Assembly: GCA_937899865.1 (NCBI GenBank)
Contig: CALBRH010000025.1
Location: 1 to 64,000, forward strand
Direction: 5' to 3'
DNA length: 64,000 bases
Origin: an uncultured euryarchaeote
GTDB taxonomy: Archaea; Thermoplasmatota; Poseidoniia; Poseidoniales; Poseidoniaceae
Below, piece after piece: positions 36,320 to 45,349 of the stretch. How positions within the stretch are numbered: position 1 is the stretch's first letter; the number at the start of each line of letters is the position of its first letter. The notes under the pieces were generated by a model. The model was not told the origin of the DNA and made no database searches. It saw nothing but the letters and a program-made list of their open reading frames with translations. The translations under genes were made by a program, and so were the position numbers.

Positions 36320-39300
36320 CTACTTTTGAGATTTTAACCATTCATGACCGTAATACTTCCATTGTTCCATAGTCCATCCGTCAGGAAGTCCGCCTTCGGG
36401 TAATTGCGGATCGGCAAGTAGATCATCGATTGAAAAATCATCAGAATCAGCAGCATTAGGTGGGAGTTGTAATGCTTGGTCAAAGACAAAACCAGGCGGT
36501 GGAGCGGCTGGTTTGCGAGTTTCTGAATTCAATTTTCCATCGCTATCAAATGCTGAATCTAGTTCATCTTGTTCCCAAGTTTTTACTTTTTCAGCATTGC
36601 TTCTACGACGTCCAACCAGTACAAGTAGCATGATTACGATTAATGCAAGAGCGAGTTGGGCTATTGGGTTGGCTTCTTCTCCAGCGAGTAATGCTCCAGC
36701 TTCTTCTATGATGTTGCGATCTGCTGGACCTACATCAACGACCATTTCCTTTGAGCCAGGTTTTTCTGGGTTTTCATCCCATACAATTGCTTTAATCGTT
36801 ACCTTACCTTCCTGCCTGAACGTATGTTCAACTCTAGCGCCAACTAGGTCAGCATCATTATCTTTAATTCCATCACCATTACTATCAAAGTTGATATCAG
36901 TATCCCATGCATAATTTAATCCACCTATGTCATTAAGTGAATCAGTGGTTGAGCGTGCATCAAGAATACATTTTTCATACGCTCGACATTGAATTGATTT
37001 GACTTTGACAAGTGGGGGGATATTGACAACATTGACCACTACAACTTCACTGGTTGTTGCGCCATCATCATCGGTCACGTGATAGACAACAGTATGTGAA
37101 CCACTTCGGTTCCAAGCATAATTGAAAACATCTCCAATGATATCACAATCATCACTGGCTCCTCCTATGCCATCACTATCTATTCCGGGGTCAACATCCC
37201 AGCATTTGACTAGTGATGCTAAATCACTTTGTGTATCTGTTGAGTTTCCAGTAATAGTAATTGTTTGGCCTTCAGCAATTGGTAAAATTGAATCTAATGG
37301 TTGTACTATTGGGGGGACATTTCTAATGTTTACCCAGCGCTCATTCGTTGAACTAGTAGCACCATCATCATCGGTGACATCGAGTCTAATGGTATGTAAT
37401 CCAGAGGTTTGCCAACTCATATCAAATTCAGTGACTCGGCCTTTCAAGAAGTAAATCAAGTCAGACTGGCGGTTATCTGGCCACCAAGTATGATCCAAAT
37501 CCTCTATATCATCAACAGAATCCTCAGCCTGTCCTTTTATAGTGACTAATTGGTCTTCATCAAGTTGCCAAATCTGCTGTTCATCAGATTCGATAATTCC
37601 ATTATTATCATACAGATTGATTATTGTACTGTGAGGAGCAATATTAGTGAATAAAATATCGATATTTGCTTCTGTTTGTGCTAAATCATCATCTACGCCA
37701 ATAGCTTTGAAAGAATGATAACCTTCAGTAGGAGCAGTAGTTGTACAAGTCTTAGTGTAATACCCTTCCATACACTGAGCATCAGGCCAAAAGACATCTA
37801 CCACTCCAGGGAATGGGTCTTCAGAATCAGTGTCATTAGCAAATGCATACAAGGTGATAGGATGTTCTACTCTTGCTTCAGTACGCATACTTCTAATTTC
37901 TATTAATGGAGCCCTATTAGTTATATTTGCATACAGGATTTGTTCGACCTCATCACGCTCTTCATCAACAACAGTGACAACAATTGGATAATTTCCATCG
38001 TCAATCCAAGTCCAATTAGTTTGACAACTGGTAGATACTACTTCCATGTAAGCCCATGAACGAGAACCGTCATCATAAGGGATGTCAAATATGCATGAAA
38101 CATTGCCGCCATCTTCATCGAAACTTGAGCTTGCATTTATGAAAACCTCGACCTTTGTTAGTGCACTAACATGATTTGCCACTGGAGTAGGCAATCTTCC
38201 TACGAATAATTCGATAATAGCATAGTCGTTGTTTGGATTGGCATCTGCAGAGTTCAATTCATCAGGGTCTGCTTCCCAAGAAATCGGTATATTTCCAATT
38301 GGTTGATTTTCAGGTACATCCCATGTGAAATTAGTTTTGTAGATTTCATAGGTAGATAGTGATGGCACTGGTAAATTGAAATCATTACCAGTAGGAGGAT
38401 AGATGCGCAAATCGGTGGCGACGCTATCTGAAATGCCATTATTTTGAATTGACACCTCGATAATAAGTTGATCACCAGGGAGTACATTATATCCTGAAAG
38501 AGAGTTTAATTGCTTTAATTCTCCATCCCTATTTCTAGTAATTATGGCTCTTTCAGCATCAGCGAATAAGTCCAATACTACAAGGTCATCATCAAGAGTG
38601 ATTGTCTTAGCCCCAACTAAATTGCCAGAGGTTGTTCTCGCTACTAATCCATGACTTGCCCAATCGTTTGAAGTAACTGAACCGTCTACTGAATTACCTA
38701 TGTTTATTATCGTCCAAGCACTGCCATTAGATGCTGTAGTTAGTGCTTGGACTTCACCAGTCGCTTCATGCCTTAGTTCTAGTGAAACACCGCTAGTACT
38801 GCCTAAACATCCTGCTGCAGACGAAGCGTTTACCCAGACCTCTATTGGCGTGTCCAAAGCGGTAACATCACTTTCAGTATCGATAAAAAGACAATCTTCT
38901 CTAATGCCAGGGTCATTGTAAATATTTACTCCAGATGAATCCTTTGGCATATATTCTTTGAGTCTAAAATCAATAGTTAGCCCGACATCTTCCTCAGTAT
39001 GCTTCCAAGCAAAATTTCGTGCTGCTGGGCAGTACCAAGTATACCCTGCTTCATCACCATCTGAATTAAATGAAGTGATTTCGTAGGATTGATCGCAACC
39101 TCCATAGTTAATCGATTGACCAAACTCATTGCTTGGTTTGCCAACATTTGTTACTTCGTAGGTTGAACTATTGGTATCTGAAGTTGGTGGAGGAAAAGGT
39201 GTAATGTAGTCACTTGAACCGGACCATTGTGATGTTGAGGTTACGGTAGTAGTCCATCTATCTCCATCTCTTAACGGGAAATCATAGTTTTCGCTTGGAG

Positions 39301-39841
39301 GCGAGTAGGTATTAGATATCGTAATGTCACCGATGGTCTGTTTCAAAAAGCTAATTCCACTTGGTGTGAATTCTATGAATAAATCTAAATCACTTCGAAG
39401 TGATGCTAAATCACTTACTCGCAAAACTTCAGTTTGGGTAAATTCAATTTCTGCGGTGCCGGTGAAGCTATCAAGTGAAACTCCTGATTTGTCAAAATTA
39501 GCCGAGGTTCTAACTGTGTAAACCAAGGTTGGCGTGCCATCAACATTTTGTTCTGAAATAGATAACACTTCAGTTATTGAATCCCCGTTTATTTCACCAA
39601 CATTAGCTTCCACTCCAGAGTCAATTACTAATTGCGTGGGGTCAAATGTCCCAGCATATTTCCATTTGTCACCCACGCGCCAAACAGGGACATCAGCAGT
39701 ACTGGCAGAAGACTTTGAACTATTTTCAGGGTCTGTGATGTCTTCCAGAGAGTTTGTTGCGTCGTAAGGAATTGTAGTTGAGAAAAGCATGATTGCTACC
39801 AAAGCCAGCGCTTTGATTTGCAGGTACGCGATGCTCCGCAT
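36320..39841 (-). CDS. Large single-pass surface protein with CARDB and PKD-like repeats (paralog A)
   Basis: Same architecture as paralog B (VPVWRVGDKWKY vs VPTWRIGDKYTY; VTDDDGA repeats; DSNGDGIKDND), TM, tail ends GLPDGWTMEQWKYYG. Start moved to ATG 39841. Confidence 0.8.
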   Translation of the reverse strand: MRSIAYLQIKALALVAIMLFSTTIPYDATNSLEDITDPENSSKSSASTADVPVWRVGDKWKYAGTFDPTQLVIDSGVEANVGEINGDSITEVLSISEQNVDGTPTLVYTVRTSANFDKSGVSLDSFTGTAEIEFTQTEVLRVSDLASLRSDLDLFIEFTPSGISFLKQTIGDITISNTYSPPSENYDFPLRDGDRWTTTVTSTSQWSGSSDYITPFPPPTSDTNSSTYEVTNVGKPSNEFGQSINYGGCDQSYEITSFNSDGDEAGYTWYCPAARNFAWKHTEEDVGLTIDFRLKEYMPKDSSGVNIYNDPGIREDCLFIDTESDVTALDTPIEVWVNASSAAGCLGSTSGVSLELRHEATGEVQALTTASNGSAWTIINIGNSVDGSVTSNDWASHGLVARTTSGNLVGAKTITLDDDLVVLDLFADAERAIITRNRDGELKQLNSLSGYNVLPGDQLIIEVSIQNNGISDSVATDLRIYPPTGNDFNLPVPSLSTYEIYKTNFTWDVPENQPIGNIPISWEADPDELNSADANPNNDYAIIELFVGRLPTPVANHVSALTKVEVFINASSSFDEDGGNVSCIFDIPYDDGSRSWAYMEVVSTSCQTNWTWIDDGNYPIVVTVVDEERDEVEQILYANITNRAPLIEIRSMRTEARVEHPITLYAFANDTDSEDPFPGVVDVFWPDAQCMEGYYTKTCTTTAPTEGYHSFKAIGVDDDLAQTEANIDILFTNIAPHSTIINLYDNNGIIESDEQQIWQLDEDQLVTIKGQAEDSVDDIEDLDHTWWPDNRQSDLIYFLKGRVTEFDMSWQTSGLHTIRLDVTDDDGATSSTNERWVNIRNVPPIVQPLDSILPIAEGQTITITGNSTDTQSDLASLVKCWDVDPGIDSDGIGGASDDCDIIGDVFNYAWNRSGSHTVVYHVTDDDGATTSEVVVVNVVNIPPLVKVKSIQCRAYEKCILDARSTTDSLNDIGGLNYAWDTDINFDSNGDGIKDNDADLVGARVEHTFRQEGKVTIKAIVWDENPEKPGSKEMVVDVGPADRNIIEEAGALLAGEEANPIAQLALALIVIMLLVLVGRRRSNAEKVKTWEQDELDSAFDSDGKLNSETRKPAAPPPGFVFDQALQLPPNAADSDDFSIDDLLADPQLPEGGLPDGWTMEQWKYYGHEWLKSQK

Positions 39842-39910
39842 GCTATAGCGACGCAATACATAGGAAATGAACACTTCTCCTACCAAGTAGGAAAGGTTGA
39901 GAAGTTAATT

Positions 39911-40525
39911 TCACAACAAGTCTGCTAGTTCGTCCTTGATGATTTCAACTGCTTCAAGAATCTCATCTTTATGGCGAGCACCAGTGATTACCATCTTTCC
40001 ACTACCGAAAATCAAACAGACAACCTTAGGATAGTCGAGTCGGTAAATCAAACCAGGGAATTGTTCAGGCTCGTATTCTACCTTGTCGAAAGGAAGGTGG
40101 AAGGTTAAGTTGTTTAGATTCAACTTTCTTGGAACTCCAGCAAGTGGTTCTCCAGTAAATTTGTCGTTACCATCATAGTCTTCAGGGTAATGAAGAGCGT
40201 ATGTTGCAACCATGTTTTGGACTTCAATTTCAACATCAGATAAGTCCCAAGTCTTGATTCCAGCACCACGTAGATCGGAAATCATTCTGTCGATTCCAGT
40301 ATGGATATTATCTTCATCTTTACCACCAGTACATACTGCTCGACCTGAACGGAACATTAGAATAGCCAGTTTCGGGTCAGTTACTCGGTAAACTACACCT
40401 GGAAACTGCTCAGGTTCATATTCACAATTCAACTGAATTGCAATATCTGGGAGGTCAAGTTCTTCAGCAACTCTTGTGCTGGCAACTACATTTACTACTG
40501 TTAGACGTTCTTCATCTGTTGTCAT
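39911..40525 (-). CDS. tbp: TATA-box-binding protein
   Basis: Two repeats NVVAS...EYEPEQFPGVVYR...FRSGRAVCTG and NMVAT...EYEPEQFPGLIYR...FGSGKMVITG. Confidence 0.97.
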   Translation of the reverse strand: MTTDEERLTVVNVVASTRVAEELDLPDIAIQLNCEYEPEQFPGVVYRVTDPKLAILMFRSGRAVCTGGKDEDNIHTGIDRMISDLRGAGIKTWDLSDVEIEVQNMVATYALHYPEDYDGNDKFTGEPLAGVPRKLNLNNLTFHLPFDKVEYEPEQFPGLIYRLDYPKVVCLIFGSGKMVITGARHKDEILEAVEIIKDELADLL

Positions 40526-40548
40526 GTTTAAAAGCGACTTATAAGAGG

Positions 40549-40556
40549 TATATAAA
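40549..40556 (-). promoter_or_regulatory. Archaeal TATA box (TTTATATA) of tbp
   Basis: Consensus TTTATATA 24 nt upstream of the tbp ATG, consistent with a leaderless transcript. Confidence 0.7.
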
Positions 40557-40595
40557 CAAAAGCATTTGTCCTAAACAAATTATGTTGCCACAGAC

Positions 40596-41759
40596 TTAGA
40601 TTTTTGTCCAAAATGTGACATTTTCGACACTATCTATTTTCATCCCAGGGCTACCTAATTTTGAAATCAATGTCCTGCCACCTGCAAGTTCTATGGCATC
40701 ACTGGTAAGTTTGGGGTTTTTTGTTAGTGCAACCATACATCCTCCCCCGCCAGCACCGGTTAATTTAGCCCCAAGGCTTGTCGGGGCAGCCGCTTTGATT
40801 AAGTTATCAAGTTCTGGACTCGATACACCAATGCTATTGAGCATAATTTGATTCTCACTCATGGTTCGCCCTACTGCTTCATAATCACCATTTCTTAATG
40901 CTTCAATACCTCTTCGAGCTATTTTTCCAATCGTTTCGATTTCTTCAATTCTAGATGGATTTTTTTGTAACATATTAGCGACCTTAGCAACTTGTTTACT
41001 AGTAGGGGCGCTTACTCCTGTGCTACCAATCACTAAGTATACATCATCCGGTTTTTTATCCAAATTTAGTTCATGAATATGCCAAAACCGTTCACCTTCC
41101 GGCATCTTCAACTCTCTTCGATATAGATAATCAATGTCATCTTCGATTTGGTCAGAGATAATGATGACTTCACCATGTGAGCAGGTGGAAGAATCCATTG
41201 GTGAAGCCCGTCCATTTTGGGCTGCGGCTTCTACACTGTGAGCAAGAATCGCATTTTCATCAGCATCTACTGCCTTTTCACCTGTGATATGAAATAATTC
41301 AGTTGTTGGCTTAATCGAGAAAAACCCTTGTTGATTATCATAAGCATTTGTTGTTAAGATACTAGCACCAAATCCTTCAGCCCATTGTTGCTGAGTTGTA
41401 GCACCACTTGCCTCTACCCATCTGCCACGAGCTAGACGAAGTGCACCTGCAAAGGCAACTGATAATGCTGCTGAAGAGCCAAGTCCAGACGCTCTTGGAA
41501 TGTTACCTTCGATGTGGATTGATAATGGCGGTGCACCCTCGTCTGTGGGCCATAATTTATCGATCAATCCTTTGATGTGAGGATTACGTTCCATGTTTAA
41601 TGCACTACCATCAAGAAGCCACATGCCAGTCTGTGAAGGTTGAATCTTGACAGAAATCCTTTGGTCAATTGCTACCGCTACTGCTGGGTGACCATATACA
41701 ACAGCATGTTCACCAAATAGAATACATTTTCCAGGTGCGCTTGTGCTGATATAACTCAT
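40596..41759 (-). CDS. mvk: Mevalonate kinase (GHMP family) with internal insertion
   Basis: SAPGKCILFGEHAVVYG, PRASGLGSSAA, KLTGAGGGGC. Start moved to ATG 41759 (GGAGGT SD at 41765-41770). Confidence 0.85.
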   Translation of the reverse strand: MSYISTSAPGKCILFGEHAVVYGHPAVAVAIDQRISVKIQPSQTGMWLLDGSALNMERNPHIKGLIDKLWPTDEGAPPLSIHIEGNIPRASGLGSSAALSVAFAGALRLARGRWVEASGATTQQQWAEGFGASILTTNAYDNQQGFFSIKPTTELFHITGEKAVDADENAILAHSVEAAAQNGRASPMDSSTCSHGEVIIISDQIEDDIDYLYRRELKMPEGERFWHIHELNLDKKPDDVYLVIGSTGVSAPTSKQVAKVANMLQKNPSRIEEIETIGKIARRGIEALRNGDYEAVGRTMSENQIMLNSIGVSSPELDNLIKAAAPTSLGAKLTGAGGGGCMVALTKNPKLTSDAIELAGGRTLISKLGSPGMKIDSVENVTFWTKI

Positions 41760-41839
41760 CAAATACCTCCAGTTTGACCGCTTATATGTCAACCTCATGA
41801 TGTGGTTTTATTTGTGCTTTGATACGGTGACTTCAATAG

Positions 41840-43930
41840 TTGTCTCATTATCGGAGTAATTATCACAGGCGAGGTGATATTATCGAACACCCACTATTAA
41901 TCGATTATGGGCCGATTCCCGGTTGGGTAATTTTGGCTATTATTGGAGTGATTTCAATATCATTTTTTTCATATCAAGTATGGAAAGCAACTCGTTTGGT
42001 AATGATTGGAAAACCTGACAACCGATTCGACAATTGGCCTGCCCGTATCAAGGAAGTAGCAACAGGTTGGTTGGGTCAAAAGAAAGTGTTGGAAGACAGA
42101 ATTGCTGGTGGTATTCACGTCTTAATGTTCTGGGGCTTTCTCATGCTTTCTACAGATATGTTTGATTTAGCAACTGCTAACTGGTTTTCTCATAATTTGT
42201 TGCCAGCTATAGTCAAAGGACCTTGGAATCTAATGGTTGAGACGGGCTATACTATCGCATTAGTAGGGTGTATGGCTGCATTGATACGGAGAGTAATTTT
42301 CACTCCGGACAAACTCAAGGGTAAATCACAACTTGAAGGCAATGTAATTTTATTGTTGATTATGACCATTACGGTAACATCATTCTTTGTAGAAGCCGGT
42401 GAACAAGGAGTATCTTCAACCTATGAGCCAATAGGCGCTTGGGTAGCAGAAACAATTGCGCCATCTACTAATGTTGTCGTAGGTGCTTATTGGGCTCACA
42501 TGTTGGCTATTGCTACATTTCTGTTTTTGATTCCACTTTCCAAGCATATGCATTTAGTGATGGCATTCCCTAACGTATTCTTCCATGACATGCGTCCTAT
42601 GGCGACAATGGAGCCAATGCAAGTTGGTGAAGATGGTAAAGCAGTATTACTTGATGACTTGGATGTTGAGTCATTTGGTACAGTAAATTACACAGATTTG
42701 ACATGGCGAAATCTAATCGATGGTTGGGCTTGTACATCATGTGCTCGCTGTCAAGATGTATGCCCAGCATATGCATCTGGAAAATCACTAAACCCAATGC
42801 AAATTATTCACGATGTTAGAAATTATGCTAATGACAATTATACTACACTAATGGCAGGAGAGACTCCTGAACAGGATATTATTGCTAAGTTCGGTGAAGA
42901 TTCAATTTGGGCTTGTACTACATGCCATGCATGTGTAGAAGCATGTCCAATTTACATCGACCATGTGCCAAAACTAACCGATGCTCGTAGGCATTTGATG
43001 ATGGAGCGAATGGAGTTTGACGAAAAAGTCGAAGATACCGTCATGCCATTAATGGCAACTATAGAGAACCTGGAATCAGATTCCAATCCTTACGGATTAC
43101 CTTCTCATGAAAGAGGTGATTGGGCTGCAGATCTTGATGTCAAAGTTGCTGAACCAGCCGAATATATCTATTTCGCCGGTTGTGCAGCATCATTTGATGA
43201 GCGCAATAAGAAGGTTGCAAGAGATACTATCAGCATTATGAAAGAAGCCGGCTTAGATGTTGGAATTCTCGGAATGCAAGAAGGCTGTAGTGGAGATGCG
43301 GCTCGCAGGGCAGGAAATGAATACTTATTCCAAATGCTTGCAGAAACTAATCTTGCTACATTTGAGGAAATAGGAGTTAAGAAAGTGGTCGCCTCTTGTC
43401 CACACTGTTTCCATACTCTAGGCAAGGAATACAAAGACTATGGCGGTGAAGACATCGAAGTAATGCACCACTCACAATTAATCAACCATCTTCAAGCAGA
43501 AGGTAAGTTGCCAGAACCTAAACACGATGGTTCTGTAACTTATCATGACCCATGCTACTTAGGTAGGATTGGCGGTGAATTAGATGCTCCAAGAAAAGCC
43601 ATTGGTGGAGTTGATATAGAAACTGAACGCAGTGGAAAATCTTCCTTCTGTTGTGGTGCAGGCGGTGCTCAAATGTGGATGGAAGAGCATGTCGATGAAG
43701 GCTATGATCGAGTTAACATCATTCGTTCAAAAGAACTTGCAGAAACAGGTGCTGATACTGTGGCAGTGGGTTGCCCATTCTGTTCAACAATGATTACCGA
43801 TGGACTTTCTGCTATTGGCTCTGAAATGGAAGTTAAGGATATTGCAGAGATTGTTTGGGAACAACTCAAGGCAAATGATGCAGTGATTGAAGCCAAGAAG
43901 AGCGACAAATCAGAAGCAGCAGAAGCTTGA
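41840..43930 (+). CDS. Membrane-bound Fe-S oxidoreductase (FadF/HdrD-like: TM domain, two 4Fe-4S motifs, CCG domains)
   Basis: About five TM helices; CTSCARCQDVCP and CTTCHACVEACP; CCG-domain motifs CPHC, HDPCYLGR, CCGAGG, CPFC. Start codon uncertain (see findings). Confidence 0.85.
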   Translation: MSHYRSNYHRRGDIIEHPLLIDYGPIPGWVILAIIGVISISFFSYQVWKATRLVMIGKPDNRFDNWPARIKEVATGWLGQKKVLEDRIAGGIHVLMFWGFLMLSTDMFDLATANWFSHNLLPAIVKGPWNLMVETGYTIALVGCMAALIRRVIFTPDKLKGKSQLEGNVILLLIMTITVTSFFVEAGEQGVSSTYEPIGAWVAETIAPSTNVVVGAYWAHMLAIATFLFLIPLSKHMHLVMAFPNVFFHDMRPMATMEPMQVGEDGKAVLLDDLDVESFGTVNYTDLTWRNLIDGWACTSCARCQDVCPAYASGKSLNPMQIIHDVRNYANDNYTTLMAGETPEQDIIAKFGEDSIWACTTCHACVEACPIYIDHVPKLTDARRHLMMERMEFDEKVEDTVMPLMATIENLESDSNPYGLPSHERGDWAADLDVKVAEPAEYIYFAGCAASFDERNKKVARDTISIMKEAGLDVGILGMQEGCSGDAARRAGNEYLFQMLAETNLATFEEIGVKKVVASCPHCFHTLGKEYKDYGGEDIEVMHHSQLINHLQAEGKLPEPKHDGSVTYHDPCYLGRIGGELDAPRKAIGGVDIETERSGKSSFCCGAGGAQMWMEEHVDEGYDRVNIIRSKELAETGADTVAVGCPFCSTMITDGLSAIGSEMEVKDIAEIVWEQLKANDAVIEAKKSDKSEAAEA

Positions 43931-44574
43931 TTGATATGCGTCTATTAGTTGTAGATCTATTGGCTGAAAGAAAAGCGTTTGGCAAAGAAGGCGTAAGGGA
44001 AATTGTAGCACATTTTGACAATCCAGAAGTATTTCTTTGGTCGCCACATACAACAGAGAGAACTGAATACGGTTTTGGGACAGTTGTTGAGCAGCCAGTT
44101 GATTGCGATTTTATTGCCATAACCGGTTCTCGCCGGAATGTTAGTTCATGGGAGCCATGGATGGATGATGTTGCAGAATTAATCCGAACTGCTGAAGTGC
44201 CAATAATTGGAATTTGTTTTGGCCATCAGATTATTGCTGCAGCCCTTGGGGGTAAAGTAGAGCGAGCATCCAAAGGTAGTCATTTTGTTTCTGAAGTGAA
44301 ATACATAGATGGTGCTGTAGTTAATGCTGTGTTCACCCATCAAGACCACGTTGTAGATGCAGGAGAGTTAGAGGTGATTGCTTCTGCACAACATTGCAAG
44401 ATAGCGGCTTGTCAACATCCAACTAGGCCGATAAGAACAGTCCAATATCATCCTGAAGCAACATCTCGTATATTGTCTAAAGCACTTAAGCACGGTGATA
44501 TGACTAAAGTCGAAGCAGAAGTTTTTGATATGTCAAAGCCTTTGATAGATGTTTATGATTCACTCCTTGCTTGA
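43927..44574 (+). CDS. Class I glutamine amidotransferase-like protein
   Basis: ITGS, GICFGHQ nucleophile elbow and QYHPE; TTGA overlap with the upstream gene. Confidence 0.85.
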   Translation: MIDMRLLVVDLLAERKAFGKEGVREIVAHFDNPEVFLWSPHTTERTEYGFGTVVEQPVDCDFIAITGSRRNVSSWEPWMDDVAELIRTAEVPIIGICFGHQIIAAALGGKVERASKGSHFVSEVKYIDGAVVNAVFTHQDHVVDAGELEVIASAQHCKIAACQHPTRPIRTVQYHPEATSRILSKALKHGDMTKVEAEVFDMSKPLIDVYDSLLA

Positions 44575-45288
44575 ATTGGAAAGTTCAATGAAATCTTGTT
44601 CAAACGAGTAAAGACACAATATTAATCCAACAAAAAGAGCATATTCTGCATATGCTGCAACATCAATAGCATACTGGATTTTGTCCAAAGTTAGAATTGT
44701 ATCTCCCTCAAGTCCATATTTGTCTAAACCATTAACTGCACGAACGACTGCTTGAGACATTATCACATAGGATATTAATGATAGTGAGATACTAAAAATT
44801 CGCAACTTCTTCCCCTTCTTATTGGCATTTGGAATAGCAAAGTGAGCCACGATTGCCCATACCATGCCGCCTTGAAAAACCATTGAGGCTGTAATGACAT
44901 GTAGTGCAAGATAGTCATACATGTTAGCAAATGACATTACAAACAAATTTCCACCAGTGAAAAGACCGCATAACATTGCTAAAAACAATAATTTGCTAGA
45001 CTTTATTCTACTAAATTCGTACCACATCCGATAAGAAAATAGCATTTGAGCAAGTCCTGAAATTGCTAAACCAATTGTGAATACCCATCGCTCTACACCA
45101 GGGAAATCAGCTTCAGAGATGAAGAAGGGGAAGTCTCTGGAATTGCCATTTAGCAAATGAATTACCATGGCTAAAGGTACTACAGTAGCAGGTAGTAACC
45201 AACTAGTCTTAACTAGGGTTTCATCAGACAGGAATATTTTTCCAATTTTGATGCCATTTTTATCATTTTTCACTACGACACCGTGCAT
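44560..45288 (-). CDS. Frag1/DRAM/Sfk1-like membrane protein
   Basis: PFFISEADFPGVERWVFTIGL and LHVITASMVF match the family pattern as I recall it; about six TM helices. Start moved to ATG 45288. Confidence 0.65.
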   Translation of the reverse strand: MHGVVVKNDKNGIKIGKIFLSDETLVKTSWLLPATVVPLAMVIHLLNGNSRDFPFFISEADFPGVERWVFTIGLAISGLAQMLFSYRMWYEFSRIKSSKLLFLAMLCGLFTGGNLFVMSFANMYDYLALHVITASMVFQGGMVWAIVAHFAIPNANKKGKKLRIFSISLSLISYVIMSQAVVRAVNGLDKYGLEGDTILTLDKIQYAIDVAAYAEYALFVGLILCLYSFEQDFIELSNSSKE

Positions 45289-45349
45289 GGCGAATGGATT
45301 CGTGCCTATAACCTTCAAGTGTGATGGCTAACACCGCAACCTGTTTCAA

